DNA of 64,000 nt. Origin: Salpingoeca rosetta. Lineage: Eukaryota; Protista; Choanoflagellata. A program made the position numbers and the translations under genes. Positions 1-12,160 of this stretch are shown one piece after another (position 1 is the first letter of the stretch; each line of letters starts with the position of its first letter). The notes below the pieces were generated by a model. It saw nothing but the letters and a program-made list of their open reading frames with translations. It was not told where the DNA came from and ran no database searches. The stretch is taken from NCBI GenBank assembly GCA_033442325.1, contig JAWQFM010000002.1, positions 913,939 through 977,938 on the forward strand. The letters run 5' to 3'.

Positions 1-48
1 GCGGGAAGAGCGGGAGATACCCTTGCCAGGTGCGTGCATGCGACCCAT
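1..48 (-). CDS. RPS13: 40S ribosomal protein S13 (uS15), first 16 codons; gene continues left of the window
   Basis: Minus strand from ATG at 48 reads MGRMHAPGKGISRSSR, the conserved RPS13 N-terminus (MGRMHAPGKG). Not in the ORF track. Confidence 0.93.
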   Translation of the reverse strand, partial: MGRMHAPGKGISRSSR

Positions 49-773
49 GGTTGGTTGTCTTGGCTTGTTCACAGAGAGAAGCACGAGGAGGACGACGAAG
101 ACGAGAGGAAAAAGGCACAGGAAAGGGGAAAGGTGATGGAACATGTTCACAAATTGTCGTCGGTGTTGGTTTATGGTGTTGGGTACTGTTGGATTGGATT
201 GGACGGGATTGTGGCTGTGTGATGTGTGACATGACATGTGACAGGGTGCGCATTGCGAGCACACACATGCACACACATGCACACGGCATGAAACCAGGCA
301 TGGGCAAAAGAAAGGCAGAGAGCAGGATGGACAGGCAAGAGAAAGAGAAAGAAAGAAAGATAAAACAGAGAAGCAAGCAGGGAGAGCAAAGGGGAAGCAT
401 CATCATGTCATGTCACATCATGTTACATACAGGGGGCAAAAAAGGGCATGCAGGCAGGCAGGCAGGAAGGGCACTCAAATCAGATAAATCAATCAATCAG
501 TCTGTCAGTCAATAAATGGAAAGACCGAATAGATAGTCCATTACAGAAAGCACCAAAGGAAAGGACAGCAAGAAGGGACAGGAGAAGAAGAAGAAGAAGG
601 AGGAGGAGGAGGAGGGGACAGAGAGGAGATGGAAGAAAGGGCAAAGAGTCAGAACAGTATCAGAGAGAGAGTGTGTGTGTGTGTTTGTGTGTGTGCGTGT
701 GATGACTCAATCACCAACAGATGGAAATAGCGAGAAGAAGAGCTGCAGTGCAACAAGGGCAGCACATGCACGA

Positions 774-2331
774 TCAGTCAAAGAAGCTGCTGATGAGGTA
801 CGCGTTGAGGTCCTCACGGGACGGATACGCCACGTCCACAAAGCATTCGCTCTCATCCGAGATTCTGTACGCATGGAGGGAGAAGAGGAAGAAGGAGGAC
901 AAGGAACAGCAAACAAGAGAGGGGAGGAGAAAGGCAAACAACAGAGAGGAGGAGGAATACAAGGCAGCCATGCAATGAATGGCGTGAGCACAGCGAATCA
1001 GGTGTGGAGAGGACGGGGTGGAAAGGGGAGGACGAACAGCGGAGAACAGCAGCCAGGACACAAGTATAAGCACGAGCACAGGGTGAAAGCAGCACAACCC
1101 CTCCAGCACAGCACGCCTTCCACCCTCAATAGAACCGCAATCACTCTCCCCTTGGTGTTGGTGACCACTCACGCATTGCGGCAGAGCGGGCACGTGGCAT
1201 CGACGTGAGACCTGGCGGTGAGGGCGGCGGCAGTCGAAGCGGCAGCAACACAGGGTGAGGTGATGAGCTGAGCCAAGGTGGCGCACACCGATACACGAGA
1301 ATAATGATGCAATCACACACACACTCACACACGCACACACACACACGCACACTCACACACACTCACACACATACTCACACACGCACGCACAACTCACTCA
1401 CTCACCACTCTGAGACGCACGACTCGCAGAATGCGTGCATGCACGCAAGAACCGTGTCTGGCTTTCGCTCATAGCACACGCCACACTTGTCTGTACACTC
1501 CGTGGACACGCTGTCAAGTGGTGTTGGCGTGGAAAGCGCATGACACGGTGAGCACGGGAGAGCAATCGCGTGTGCAAGCGCAACATGGCAACGACCCCAT
1601 ATGAGCATGGTCGTGACAGAGAGAGAGAGAGATACAACACATGCACACACACATACAACACCCACACACATACAACACACATATACACACACATACACAA
1701 GTACACAAATATAGCACCTGCTGCGGCCGGAGGAGGCAGCGGATGACGGGGCGGAGGGCGCAGAGGGGCGGCGGCTCGGGTTGCACGTGTCCTTGATAAA
1801 CTGGTAGGTGCGCGCAAACTCCGGCAGCGACAGCAGCCGCGCGCTCGCCTCCTCCTCGCCGCCATCACACTGGCATCGGGGTGAAGGCAGAACAGAGAAG
1901 AGGAAAGGAGAGAAGAGGAAAGGAGAAGGGAAAGGAGAGAGAAGAGAGAAGAGAGAGGAGAGAAGAGAAGAGAGAAGAGGAAAAAGGTGCACAGCAAGTA
2001 CACAGAAGATAGCCCCCAACACGCAATGCAAAGACAACGCAGCAGGAGAGCAGGCGTTTCGTGTGTGTGAGAAACAAGACAAACAAGACAAACAAGAAAA
2101 TCAGGAGAGTAGGCGCGAGCGAGAAAGCAAGCAAGCGAGAAGAAGAAGCAGTGCTGCTGTGCGCTGCTTGGACAGGAGCAGGACATAGCCACCACCACCA
2201 CGACACCAAAACAGGACAGCAGTGCACTGACATTCAAAACACAAGCATTCGTCGAGCTCACCATCGCTCTCTCTATTCATCCACACCACGATACATGCAT
2301 GCATGCATACATGGGTGCAAACCACCAATGG

Positions 2332-2385
<54 letters not shown>

Positions 2386-3073
2386 TCCCTGTGTCTCACC
2401 TGGCGCGAGGGCCTGATTGTGACGGCGGCGCGCCAGAACAAGCCAGACTTGGGCAGGGCAGTGGCGTCATCGCCGCCCTCCATGCGGAACTTGACGCGCT
2501 GCTTGCCTTTCTTCGCCAGGCCAGCACACCTGGCCAGAGGAGGAGGCAGAACAAAGAGAGGGAAAGCGCAGGAGCGAGGAGGGCGAAAAAAGGGCAATCA
2601 GTGCGAATGGCGTGGCGTGGCGCGAGTTGAAGAAGAGTGGGAGACGATCAGTGAAGAGTAATCGGAAGACAGGTGAAGAGTGGTCGAAAGGCAAGTGAAG
2701 AGAGGAAAACAGGCCAGTGCAGAGCCAAACGGAGGGCGTGCGCGGGTGCAACGCCGAAACCGACCCTCGCTTGCCATGCATGCATGAAGTGCATGAATGC
2801 ATGCAAGGTGGAAGGGACAGCAGATATGTTGTGAACAAACAACCAGGCAGGCAGACGGTGATCAGGGTGAAGGAACAGGTGTACGTCGCATGAGTATGCA
2901 TGCGCGCATGCTGTGTGTGTGTGTGTGTGTGGAAGGGGGCAAATGGCGTACGTGCTGTTGGCCTCGTCGATGGCAACCTTGAGATCAATGGAGGTCCACA
3001 GCGTGGAATCGTACTCCTTCGAGACGCACGATGGCGCCGACGCGAAGGGTGCGACACAGAGCGCTTGTCCCAT
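774..3073 (-). CDS. RNF141: RING finger protein RNF141-like E3 ligase; exons 3073-2952, 2529-2400, 1869-1718, 1510-1406, 1211-1173, 864-774
   Basis: Phase-compatible GT-AG splicing gives MGQALC...GLFWRAAV...SARLLSLPEFARTYQFI...CGVCYERKPDTVLACMHAFCESCVSEWSHVDATCPLCR...PSREDLNAYL. This is a C3HC4 RING with N- and C-terminal similarity to animal RNF141. Confidence 0.85.
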
Positions 3074-4340
3074 GATGATGCCGGAGAAGAACAGGGTTCT
3101 GTGTCACAGCTTGCGGATGAAGCAGGAGCGCCTTGGAAGAAAGAAGAGGTGTTGTTTGTTCTTCGTGTCCTTGTCGTCTTGGCTGTTGGTCTTTGGGGCT
3201 GCACAAGGTGGTGATGGTGGTTGGATGGACGTGTGGGTGAACAAAGACGCATATTATGTGGAGGTTGGACATGGGTTGTTGAAGGCAGGGAAGCTGCGGT
3301 CAATGCGATGCAGAGAGGAACAAGGCCAGGACAAAACAGGACTCGTCAGGGGTTTGCACAGCAGCGTGTCTGTCTGTGGCAAACAACGTGCAAAACACAC
3401 ATGAAAGGCACAACACAAGGTGTTTTGTTCTGTGTGATGAGGGTCGTGTGATTGTGATTGTGGCGATTACCGCTGCAGGCTTGCTTCGGCGGTTCTGCGT
3501 GTGTGCGTGCTGCAGAGATGATTGATCAAAGGCACCAGGACAGTGAATGTGTGTGTGTGTGTGTTGAATGGGTGTTTGGTGGTTGTGGTTGAGAAGTGAA
3601 CAAAGCAGTGCAGTGCATCTCAGTGAAGTGATCTGTGTGTTCGTCATATTGACTGACCTTTCATGCCCCACTCCCACACGCACACTCACACACGCACACT
3701 CACACGCACACTCACACGCACTCTCGCACTCACTCGCACACTCACACCCAACACGACCAGGTGGACTTGTGGTGGTTGCTTTTTGATCGTGCATACCTCT
3801 TTGCTGGCTGGCTGGCTGCGCCTTGCAGCAGTGCTTGTGCAGATTGTTGTTGTTGTTGTTGTTGCTCGTGCTCGTCGTATGCGTCAGACAAACCATCCGC
3901 CAACCGAACTCCTCCTCCTTTTGTGTGGGTTTTGTTTGTTGGTGGGTGGTGGAAAAGGCACACAACGAACGCACACAAACACACACACACACACAAACAC
4001 ACACACAAAACCCACACACAAGCAAGGGGCAACGCAAGCAACAATCAAAGTGATTTGATGCAATGTTAATGAAGAGATGCAACCATGAGGCGACAGCACA
4101 AACAGTGATGTTGTCAAATTTGACAGCAGCCCACATCGAATGTGACGTTTCCCACGATTTTTTTACCTTTCTTGCTTGCCTCGTGGGCGCTCTGCTGCTG
4201 TGACTTCTGCCTTTTTTTTTCTTTCCTCTCCGCCTGCACCCTTGTTCGCTCCCACCCACGTGCTTTGCTCACTTCATTCTCTCTCTCTCTCTCTCTTTTC
4301 ACAACAGCTGCGACAACCAACCAAACAGCAAACACAAGAG

Positions 4341-5282
4341 ATGGCCTTCGGTGGTGGACGTGGAGGCGGCCGTGGTGGCGGCCGTGGTGGTGGACGCGGT
4401 GGCTTCCGTGGCGGCCGTGGTGGCGGTCGTGGCGGTGGACGCGGCGGCGGTCGTGGCGGCTTCCGTGGTGGTCGCGGCGGTGGTCGTGGTGGTGGTCGCG
4501 GTGGCGGTCGTGGTCGTGGTGGTGGTCGCGGACGCGGTGGACGTGGTGGAGGCCGTGGCGGAGGCCGTGGCGGAGGCTCGAAGCAGGTCATGGTTGAGCC
4601 CCATCGCCATCCTGGTCAGTGACACTTGCCCTTGTGAACCCCGTGTAGTGATTGCTGTATATTGTTGCTTGGTGTGAGATTTTGGATGCTTGATCCATGC
4701 AAGATCAATTCTCGCGTGCAAGATCGCTTGATGTGTGCGGCCATCACGTGCGTGCCCTAACTTTTTCCCATGCTCCTGTGTCAACCTGTGTGTGGATCAG
4801 GCATCTTCGTTGCACGTGGCGGAAAGGAGGATCTCCTGGTGACACGCAACACGGTCCCTGGCGAGTCTGTTTACGGCGAGAAGCGCATCTCCGTGGAGAC
4901 GCCTGATGCCGAGGGCACGGGCACAGAGAAGGTCGAGTACCGCGTGTGGAACCCCTTCAGGAGCAAGCTGGCCGCCTCCGTCCTCGGTGGCGTGGCCAAC
5001 ATTCACATGGAGCCTGGCTCGAAGGTGCTGTATCTCGGTGCCGCCTCTGGCACCACCGTGTCACACGTCGCAGACATTGTTGGCAAGGATGGTCTCGTGT
5101 ACGCCGTCGAGTTCTCGCACCGCGCTGGCCGCGATCTCATCAACATGGCAAAGCGGCGCACAAACGTCATCCCCATCATCGAGGATGCCCGTCACCCACA
5201 CAAGTACCGCATGCTCGTCCCCATGGTCGACTGCATCTTTGCAGATGTCGCACAACCAGATCAGGTACACACACCCAACATA

Positions 5283-5350
<68 letters not shown>

Positions 5351-5944
5351 CATGTCGTACACATCACACCCCACATTTTCTGCCACCGTCCCCAAAACAC
5401 ACGTATCGTCCCACCGCACGTAACGTGCCCTCCACCTGACAAGGTTGGGCCGTTTGAATGTGACATCACTGGTTCTCCCGCTTTGTATGCTCACTGCACC
5501 GCCGCTTCTGCCTCCCTTTCTTGTGTGGGCCTGTCTTTGCGCTTCAGGTGCGTATTGTTGCGTTGAACGCCGACTTCTTCCTGAAGAACGGTGGCCACTT
5601 TGTGATTAGCATCAAGGCGAGCTGCATCGACTCGACTGCGCCGCCCGCTGCTGTGTTCGCGTCTGAGGTATCAAAGATGAAGCGCTTGCAGATGAAGCCC
5701 AAAGAACAGCTCAGCTTGGAGCCCTATGAGCGTGATCACGCTGTCGTCGTTGGCACGTACAGGTACGAGCTCGCCCGCTCTGCTTTGCTTCTGTGCGTTT
5801 GGTTTTGCACTGCTTTTGCCCGCTGATCGAGTGCGGCAAGTGTGGCGTTTTTGCACTCGCTTGGGTCCCCACAGAGTTTGTTTGGTTTCCTCATGGTGTT
5901 CGTGTCTCCCGGCTTTGTGTTGCAGGCCGCAAAAGAAGAAATGA
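4341..5944 (+). CDS. FBL: Fibrillarin (box C/D snoRNP 2'-O-methyltransferase); exons 4341-4614, 4801-5264, 5548-5762, 5926-5944
   Basis: RGG/GAR N-terminus, then [67 protein letters not shown]. All introns are GT-AG and in phase. Confidence 0.98.
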
Positions 5945-7013
5945 TTCCTGTCACCCACCTCCAAGCATAGTTGACTCTCTCGTGTCTTGTGGTAAGTCTT
6001 GTGGTCTCGTCAAATGCTTGAGTGGTATGAGGGGACCCGCGCGACTCTGTGTATGTGGGTCCTCTGAATGCCTACCAAGGTCTCCATCCCTCGCTCCCTC
6101 CCCTTTCTCTCTGTCCCTCCCTCTTTTCCTCTTTTCCCCTTCTCTCTGTCCCTCTCTTCCTCTATCCTCCCCTCTCTTCCAATCTCCCATTTACCCCGAT
6201 GGCGACAGGGGCAAACTCGCCAAGTTTGCATTAACCCTCGTCAAGCTGGTACGTGGCGCACGTGTTGCGGCAGACCCCAGTATCCACCTTCAATGGAGGA
6301 GAAAAGGCTCTTGTTGCTTCCACCCATCATGTGCGCTCAAACCCAGTCCATCGCAGACAAAATACTTGGTGTCTTCAGACCAGATGGCCAAGTGGTGCTT
6401 CCGCACTTCCATGACCGTTGCTGACTTGGCCTCATTGGCCCTGAAAGCTGGGGTGGCAAGCGGATGACATTTCCATTCCATTTTCGACAACCTACCTGCT
6501 CAATCTTCTCTTTCTCTGTTTCTTTTCTTCCTTTTTGCCTTGGCACGCAACACACACACACACACACACTCATACACACACACAACCCACAAGTCATCAC
6601 CATAGCGCTCACGACTTTCCATTGTCTGCATGATAATGCGTGGCTTTTTGAACACAGGTTACCTGTCTAAGATTTTCCCTGTCATTACATTAAACTTTGA
6701 TTTGAGAAACACGAGAAGAAGACCCATGGAGTGTATGTGTGCTGTGACCGATGGGGAGGCGAGACCGTGTTGTAGCTGTGGCTGGTTTTGTTGCATTGGT
6801 ATTGGATTTACTTTGTACAACAACGGTGCTGGCCATCACAACCAGGCATAACGCAAAGCATCGCATGGCTCAAGCAGCGAAGAAAGCACGCGCACACACA
6901 CACACACAGAGGACTTGGTGAGCACAGAAACAGGCAACGAAGCAACGAAGCAGGGTGATGTGGCTAATAAGACGAGGTAGGACAAGGCGTGTTGGTGGAT
7001 GACAGTGCTGCGC

Positions 7014-8136
7014 TCAGGAGTTGTGGCTTGCGTGCTTTTCCAACAACTCCTTTGCTTCGTTAATCTTTGCAGCAAGGTACGGGGAACCGCCCCGATCAGG
7101 ATGGTTTGCAATCATGACCTTCTTGTGCGCTTCCATGACACGCGTCTTGGTGGCCTTTGGGCTGCAGCCGCAAGCATGCAAAACAGCAAACGCAAACGAG
7201 GGAAGGAGGCAAATCGTGAGTGTGTGAAATGACAGCGCAATATGCAAACATGCAGAGAAACAAAAACGTAGACACAGCAGGCATAGTGTGTGTGTGTGCG
7301 TGTGTGTATGTGTGTGTGTGCGTGTCACACGGAGAGTGCACAAGGGACCACAGAGGTCGAGGAAGAGCGCGACAGCAAGCGCGAGTGCTCGTGAGCGAGG
7401 CAGAGGCTCAGTCACACACCTGCAGCCAAGAATCAAGCCGGCTTCACGACGCGACATGGTTTCTTGGAAGCCTCCCCTGTAGTATGTGTTCATCTCAAAT
7501 TTCTGCACGCACAACAGGAAATGTGTGTATGCGAAGGAGTGTGAGTGTGTGTGTGTGTGAGAGAGTGTGTGTGTGCGAGAGAGAATGTGTGAGTGAGAGT
7601 GTGTGAGTGAGAGTGTGGGGGAGAGTGTGTGTGAGGGAGAATATGTGTGAGTGTGAGAGAGCATGTGTGTGAGAGAGTGTGTGGGGGAGTGTGTGTGTGT
7701 GAGGGAGAGAGTGTGTGAAACTACAATAACGCGCATGGATGGGGAGTGCAGAAAGACAACGCAAGAAGACAAGGGAGAACGTGATATTGGGCACACACTT
7801 ACCGGAAGCTTGAAGCTGCCGATTTTGGGCATCTGTTCCATCAAAGGCTTCATATCCTTTGCAGCACGGAGCAGCATTCGACCTGCATGTGTGCGAGTGT
7901 GAATACCAGGGTGTGGTGTTGTTATTCGAGCAGCGAGGGTGCACAAAGCAAGCGCAAATCAAGGCAAGCACTCATGCAAACCCTCACACACACACACACA
8001 CACAAACACACACAGACACGCATACACACACAGACACGCATACACACATACACACATACACACATACATTCACACACAACGTACCGCCGAAGCCGGCAGC
8101 CGCAAGACACGCGCCAAAGAAGATGGGTCCACTCAT
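7014..8136 (-). CDS. PAM18: Mitochondrial import motor J-protein Pam18/Tim14 (DNAJC19-like); exons 8136-8085, 7882-7803, 7502-7420, 7161-7014
   Basis: N-terminal hydrophobic segment, [20 protein letters not shown] and [25 protein letters not shown], the Pam18 signature with HPD. Confidence 0.95.
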
Positions 8137-8603
8137 GGTGAGGATGGATGGATGGATGACGTGTTTGTGGTCGGTCGCTCAGCCTTTGTGAATGTGTGCA
8201 TGTGGTTCGCAGCAGCAGCGCAACACAAGGCAAGCCCGTCAATTCACCAATTGCGCAGCTGTAGACTGCAATTTGCAAAACAACACCACAAAACCCGGAC
8301 AGTTTTCGTTTGGGCTGATTGCTTCTGGAAGCGACGACGCAAGCAAACGGCGAGAGTGAGTGGATGGATGATGGTGATGGTTGATGGTGATGGTGTGTGT
8401 TGCTGTGTCGATGGGATGGATGGATGGGTTGTGGAGATGAGGGGTTGTGGCTTGCGGTGGAGGCTGAGTCAAGTGAAGTGGAGTTGCATCAGAAGGCCAC
8501 GAAGCAAGCGCTATGTTGGTGGTGGCTGATGACATTTACACACACACACACACACATCCACATAAACACACACATCCACATAAACACACACACACATCCA
8601 CAT

Positions 8604-8642
<39 letters not shown>

Positions 8643-8949
8643 CAAAGACTCACCCGACGTTGCATACAATTCACCACCACCGCCATCATAATCATCATCA
8701 GAAGCATCAGCAGTATCAACACCATCGTACATCACTAGTTTGACCAAAAGCTGCTGCAAACTGTACTGCCCTTCTTGGAAACACGACCAAAGACGCATTC
8801 ACAAGCACGCAGACTCGCGGAAGACGTTCGACACCTCCCCCCTTCCCCCAACAACAGCGCAGACAGAAGACAGAAGAAAAACTCGCAACATCGGTCGCAC
8901 CGACAACAAGAAGGCCAGACAAGCAAAGCTCAACCGAAGCTCACCAACC

Positions 8950-9220
8950 ATGGGCAAGGACTACTACAAGCTGCTTGGCGTCAACAAAGGCGCCTCGGCC
9001 GAAGAGATCCGCAAGGCGTACAAGAAGAACGCCATGAAGGTGCGTGGTTTGATGGGGTGATGGAGTGGTTGGTCATTGGTGGTTGGTACTTGGTGGACGT
9101 TGAAGCGTCTGTGGTGGTGCTTGGTCGTTGGTGTACAGTGGCGAGGTTTTGACGATGCTGCTGCTGCTGCTGCTGCTGCGGTTTGTTCATCTTGTCAGCG
9201 GTCCAACGGGTGATGCTCCC

Positions 9221-9259
<39 letters not shown>

Positions 9260-9282
9260 CCTCTCTCTCTCTCTCTCTCTCA

Positions 9283-9319
<37 letters not shown>

Positions 9320-10533
9320 GCGCGCGCGCGTGTTTGCGCCCTTTTTCTGCATGCTCTTACCCAATAACATTGCGTTGAATGAACCCTGCAGTATCACCCT
9401 GACAGGAACAAGGCTGCAGATGCCAAGGAAAAGTTCCAGGCCATTTCAGAGGCATACGAGGTGAGCAGTCCTGACAATGTGATAAAGAAAGGCCGCACAA
9501 CACACACACACGTACACACGCACACGCATACGCACACGCAACACGCATACACACGCAACATGCATGCGTATACACACACATACACACGCGCATGTAAAAA
9601 GCATGCATGCATGAGCTTCATCTACATATGCACACGTGCTCACCATAGACCCACCACCAATCATGCACCGCACTCGGTACATTCAGGTGCTGTCAGATGA
9701 GACAAAGCGCAAGATCTACGACCAGTATGGAGAGGAGGGCCTGAAGGGCGGTGCCCCAGACACGTCTGGTTTCTCCGGCTTCCACTTCTCCCCAAGGTCG
9801 GTTGGCCAGGCACACAGTGCTGTTGGAGCAAGCATGGTGGCAGTTGTGTGCACGATTCCGGCTCAACACCACCGTCTTGCTGCTTGCCCGCGTGCACACA
9901 TACATATACACACGCACACATACACACTGCTCTCCTTTACTTTGCTTTCTTGCTTCTTTTGTGTTCTCTCCTTCACACATCGATTCCCCCCCCCCCAAAC
10001 CACCACAAACACACACGCACACACAATCAGGAATGCGGAGGATATTTTCTCGCAGTTCTTTGGCGGCAGTTCGCCCTTTGGTGACATGGGCGGTGGTATG
10101 GGTGGTGGCATGGGTGGTGGGCACCCGTTTGCCGCGTTCATGGGCGGTATGGGCTCCGACGGCGGGCCCTTTGGCGGTATGGGCGGATTCCAGCAGCAGC
10201 GCAGCCGTGGCGGCATGCCTGGCGCGCGACGACAGCAGCAGCAGCAGCAGCAGGCGCCGCCGCAGAAGCCCGAGGTTGTGGTGCGAGACCTGCCCATCTC
10301 GCTGGAGGACCTCTTCCATGGATTCACGAAGCGCCTGCGCATCACCCGCAAGATCCAGGACTCGAGCGGCAACGTGCGCTCGTCTGCTGAGGAGATTACG
10401 GTCAACGGCAAGCCCGGGTGGAAGGCTGGCACGAAGCTGACATACCACGGCAAGGGCGATCAGTACTATGGCCGCCCTGCCCAGGACATCCAGATTGTCA
10501 TCAAGGAGAAGCCGCACCCGCGCTTCCGCCGCG

Positions 10534-10572
<39 letters not shown>

Positions 10573-10579
10573 TTCTGTG

Positions 10580-10612
<33 letters not shown>

Positions 10613-11038
10613 GAGCGTCTGTCTGAGCGTCTGTCTGTGAATGTGTGTGTGTGTGTACTTTAGCAACACCTTGCTCGTGCGGCTCTCCATGCGATTCACA
10701 TGCGTGCTTGTGTGTCGTTGTGTGGCGCACTTGTTAGGGCGACGACCTCCACATCGACATGCAAGTGCCGCTTGTCGACGCACTGTGCGGATTCGAGCGA
10801 TCAGTCCACACCATCGACGGACAAGCACTCAAGGTGCACACAACGTGTAAATGCACATTCAAACATGCACATCACGTGCATCGATGGGTTTGCACGTTTT
10901 GTTGCATTGAAGCGAACATGCATGCATGCATGCACACATACGCTGGCTCGACTTCTTTGCTGCCTCTGTTCCAAAACCCACAAGCCACACACACACACAC
11001 ACACACATACACACACATACACACACATACACATACAC

Positions 11039-11071
<33 letters not shown>

Positions 11072-11359
11072 TACACACACACACACATACACACACATAC
11101 ACAAACACCTCAAGAGCCAACTTGCGATGTGCATATCCACACACTCACGACCTCAACGCAACACGCCTCGCTGGCACATGACACAACACTACAGGTGCAA
11201 GTGAGGCAGGCGCGGCCCGATGTTCCGCATCGGGTGTCCGGAAAAGGCATGCCGCGGAAGAAGGGCGGGCGCGGGGACCTACTCATCCACTTCAAGGTGC
11301 AGTACCCGACGCTGACTCCGCAGCAACAGCAGGAGATCAGGCGTGTCCTCTCGTCCTAA
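8950..11359 (+). CDS. Class B DnaJ/Hsp40 (Sis1/DNAJB1-like); exons 8950-9039, 9392-9460, 9687-9796, 10031-10535, 10738-10833, 11195-11359
   Basis: J-domain [11 protein letters not shown]...YHPDRN...[13 protein letters not shown]...[11 protein letters not shown], a G/F-G/M linker, and C-terminal domain motifs [45 protein letters not shown]. No zinc finger. Confidence 0.95.
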
Positions 11360-11683
11360 GGGGCAACGTGAAGCCAACAAGAGTTGGGAGGGGGTGACAA
11401 GAAGCCTGAAGACGTGGTGGTGATGGTGGTGGTGGTGGTGACATGTGTTTGTGGTGCGACAAGATGCGCTGGGTGGCTTTCATGCTTGAGTTGTCTTGCA
11501 GCTGTGCGTGAGAGGTCGGTGTGGCTTGCTTCTTGGCGGCAGCTTGAGACCAAGGTGTTCATCATTTTGTTTACTGCTCAATAATACAATACAATACAAT
11601 GCAATACGATAATGCAATCTCTGTGTGCAAAGACCGTGAATACACTAGCAACAAGCGTGCACTTGAACTCGTTGTAAACAACA

Positions 11684-11840
11684 TTACTGGCGGCCTTGGT
11701 AGCCCCACCGCTTCTCCAAATAGCCCTTGATACCGCCGTGCACGCTCAAGTATGTTGGAAAGACGAGCGTGCGGCCAGCGCCTGCATCCAGCAGTAAAAG
11801 TGGTGCTGGCGATGACGTGGAAGACGCACCGCCCTTCGCC

Positions 11841-11891
<51 letters not shown>

Positions 11892-11938
11892 AGTAGTTGT
11901 TGTTGTTGTTGTTGTTGCAGTTGTTGTAGTTGTTGTAG

Positions 11939-12025
<87 letters not shown>

Positions 12026-12125
12026 TCCTTCTTTTTCCTCCTTGTCCTGCTCTTCCTCCTTGTCCTGCTCTTCCTCCTTGTCCTCCTCCTCCTCCTCCTC
12101 CTCCTCCTCCTCCTCCTCCTCCTCC

Positions 12126-12160
<35 letters not shown>

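Noticed and set aside
30-515. Plus-strand ORFs 30..515 and 34..222
   Set aside because: The region is the RPS13 start/leader and RNF141 3' region on the minus strand; the translations are low complexity.
4615-4800. Possible intronic box C/D snoRNA in fibrillarin intron 1
   Set aside because: Only a degenerate C-like gtgattg is present; no CTGA D box or terminal stem was found.
5828-5859. 9-bp hairpin in fibrillarin intron 3 (possible H/ACA RNA)
   Set aside because: A single hairpin, with no ANANNA hinge and no correctly spaced ACA.
6380-6436. SECIS-like AUGA...AA on the minus strand 3' of PAM18
   Set aside because: The 3' GA of the non-Watson-Crick quartet is missing, and PAM18 has no internal UGA.
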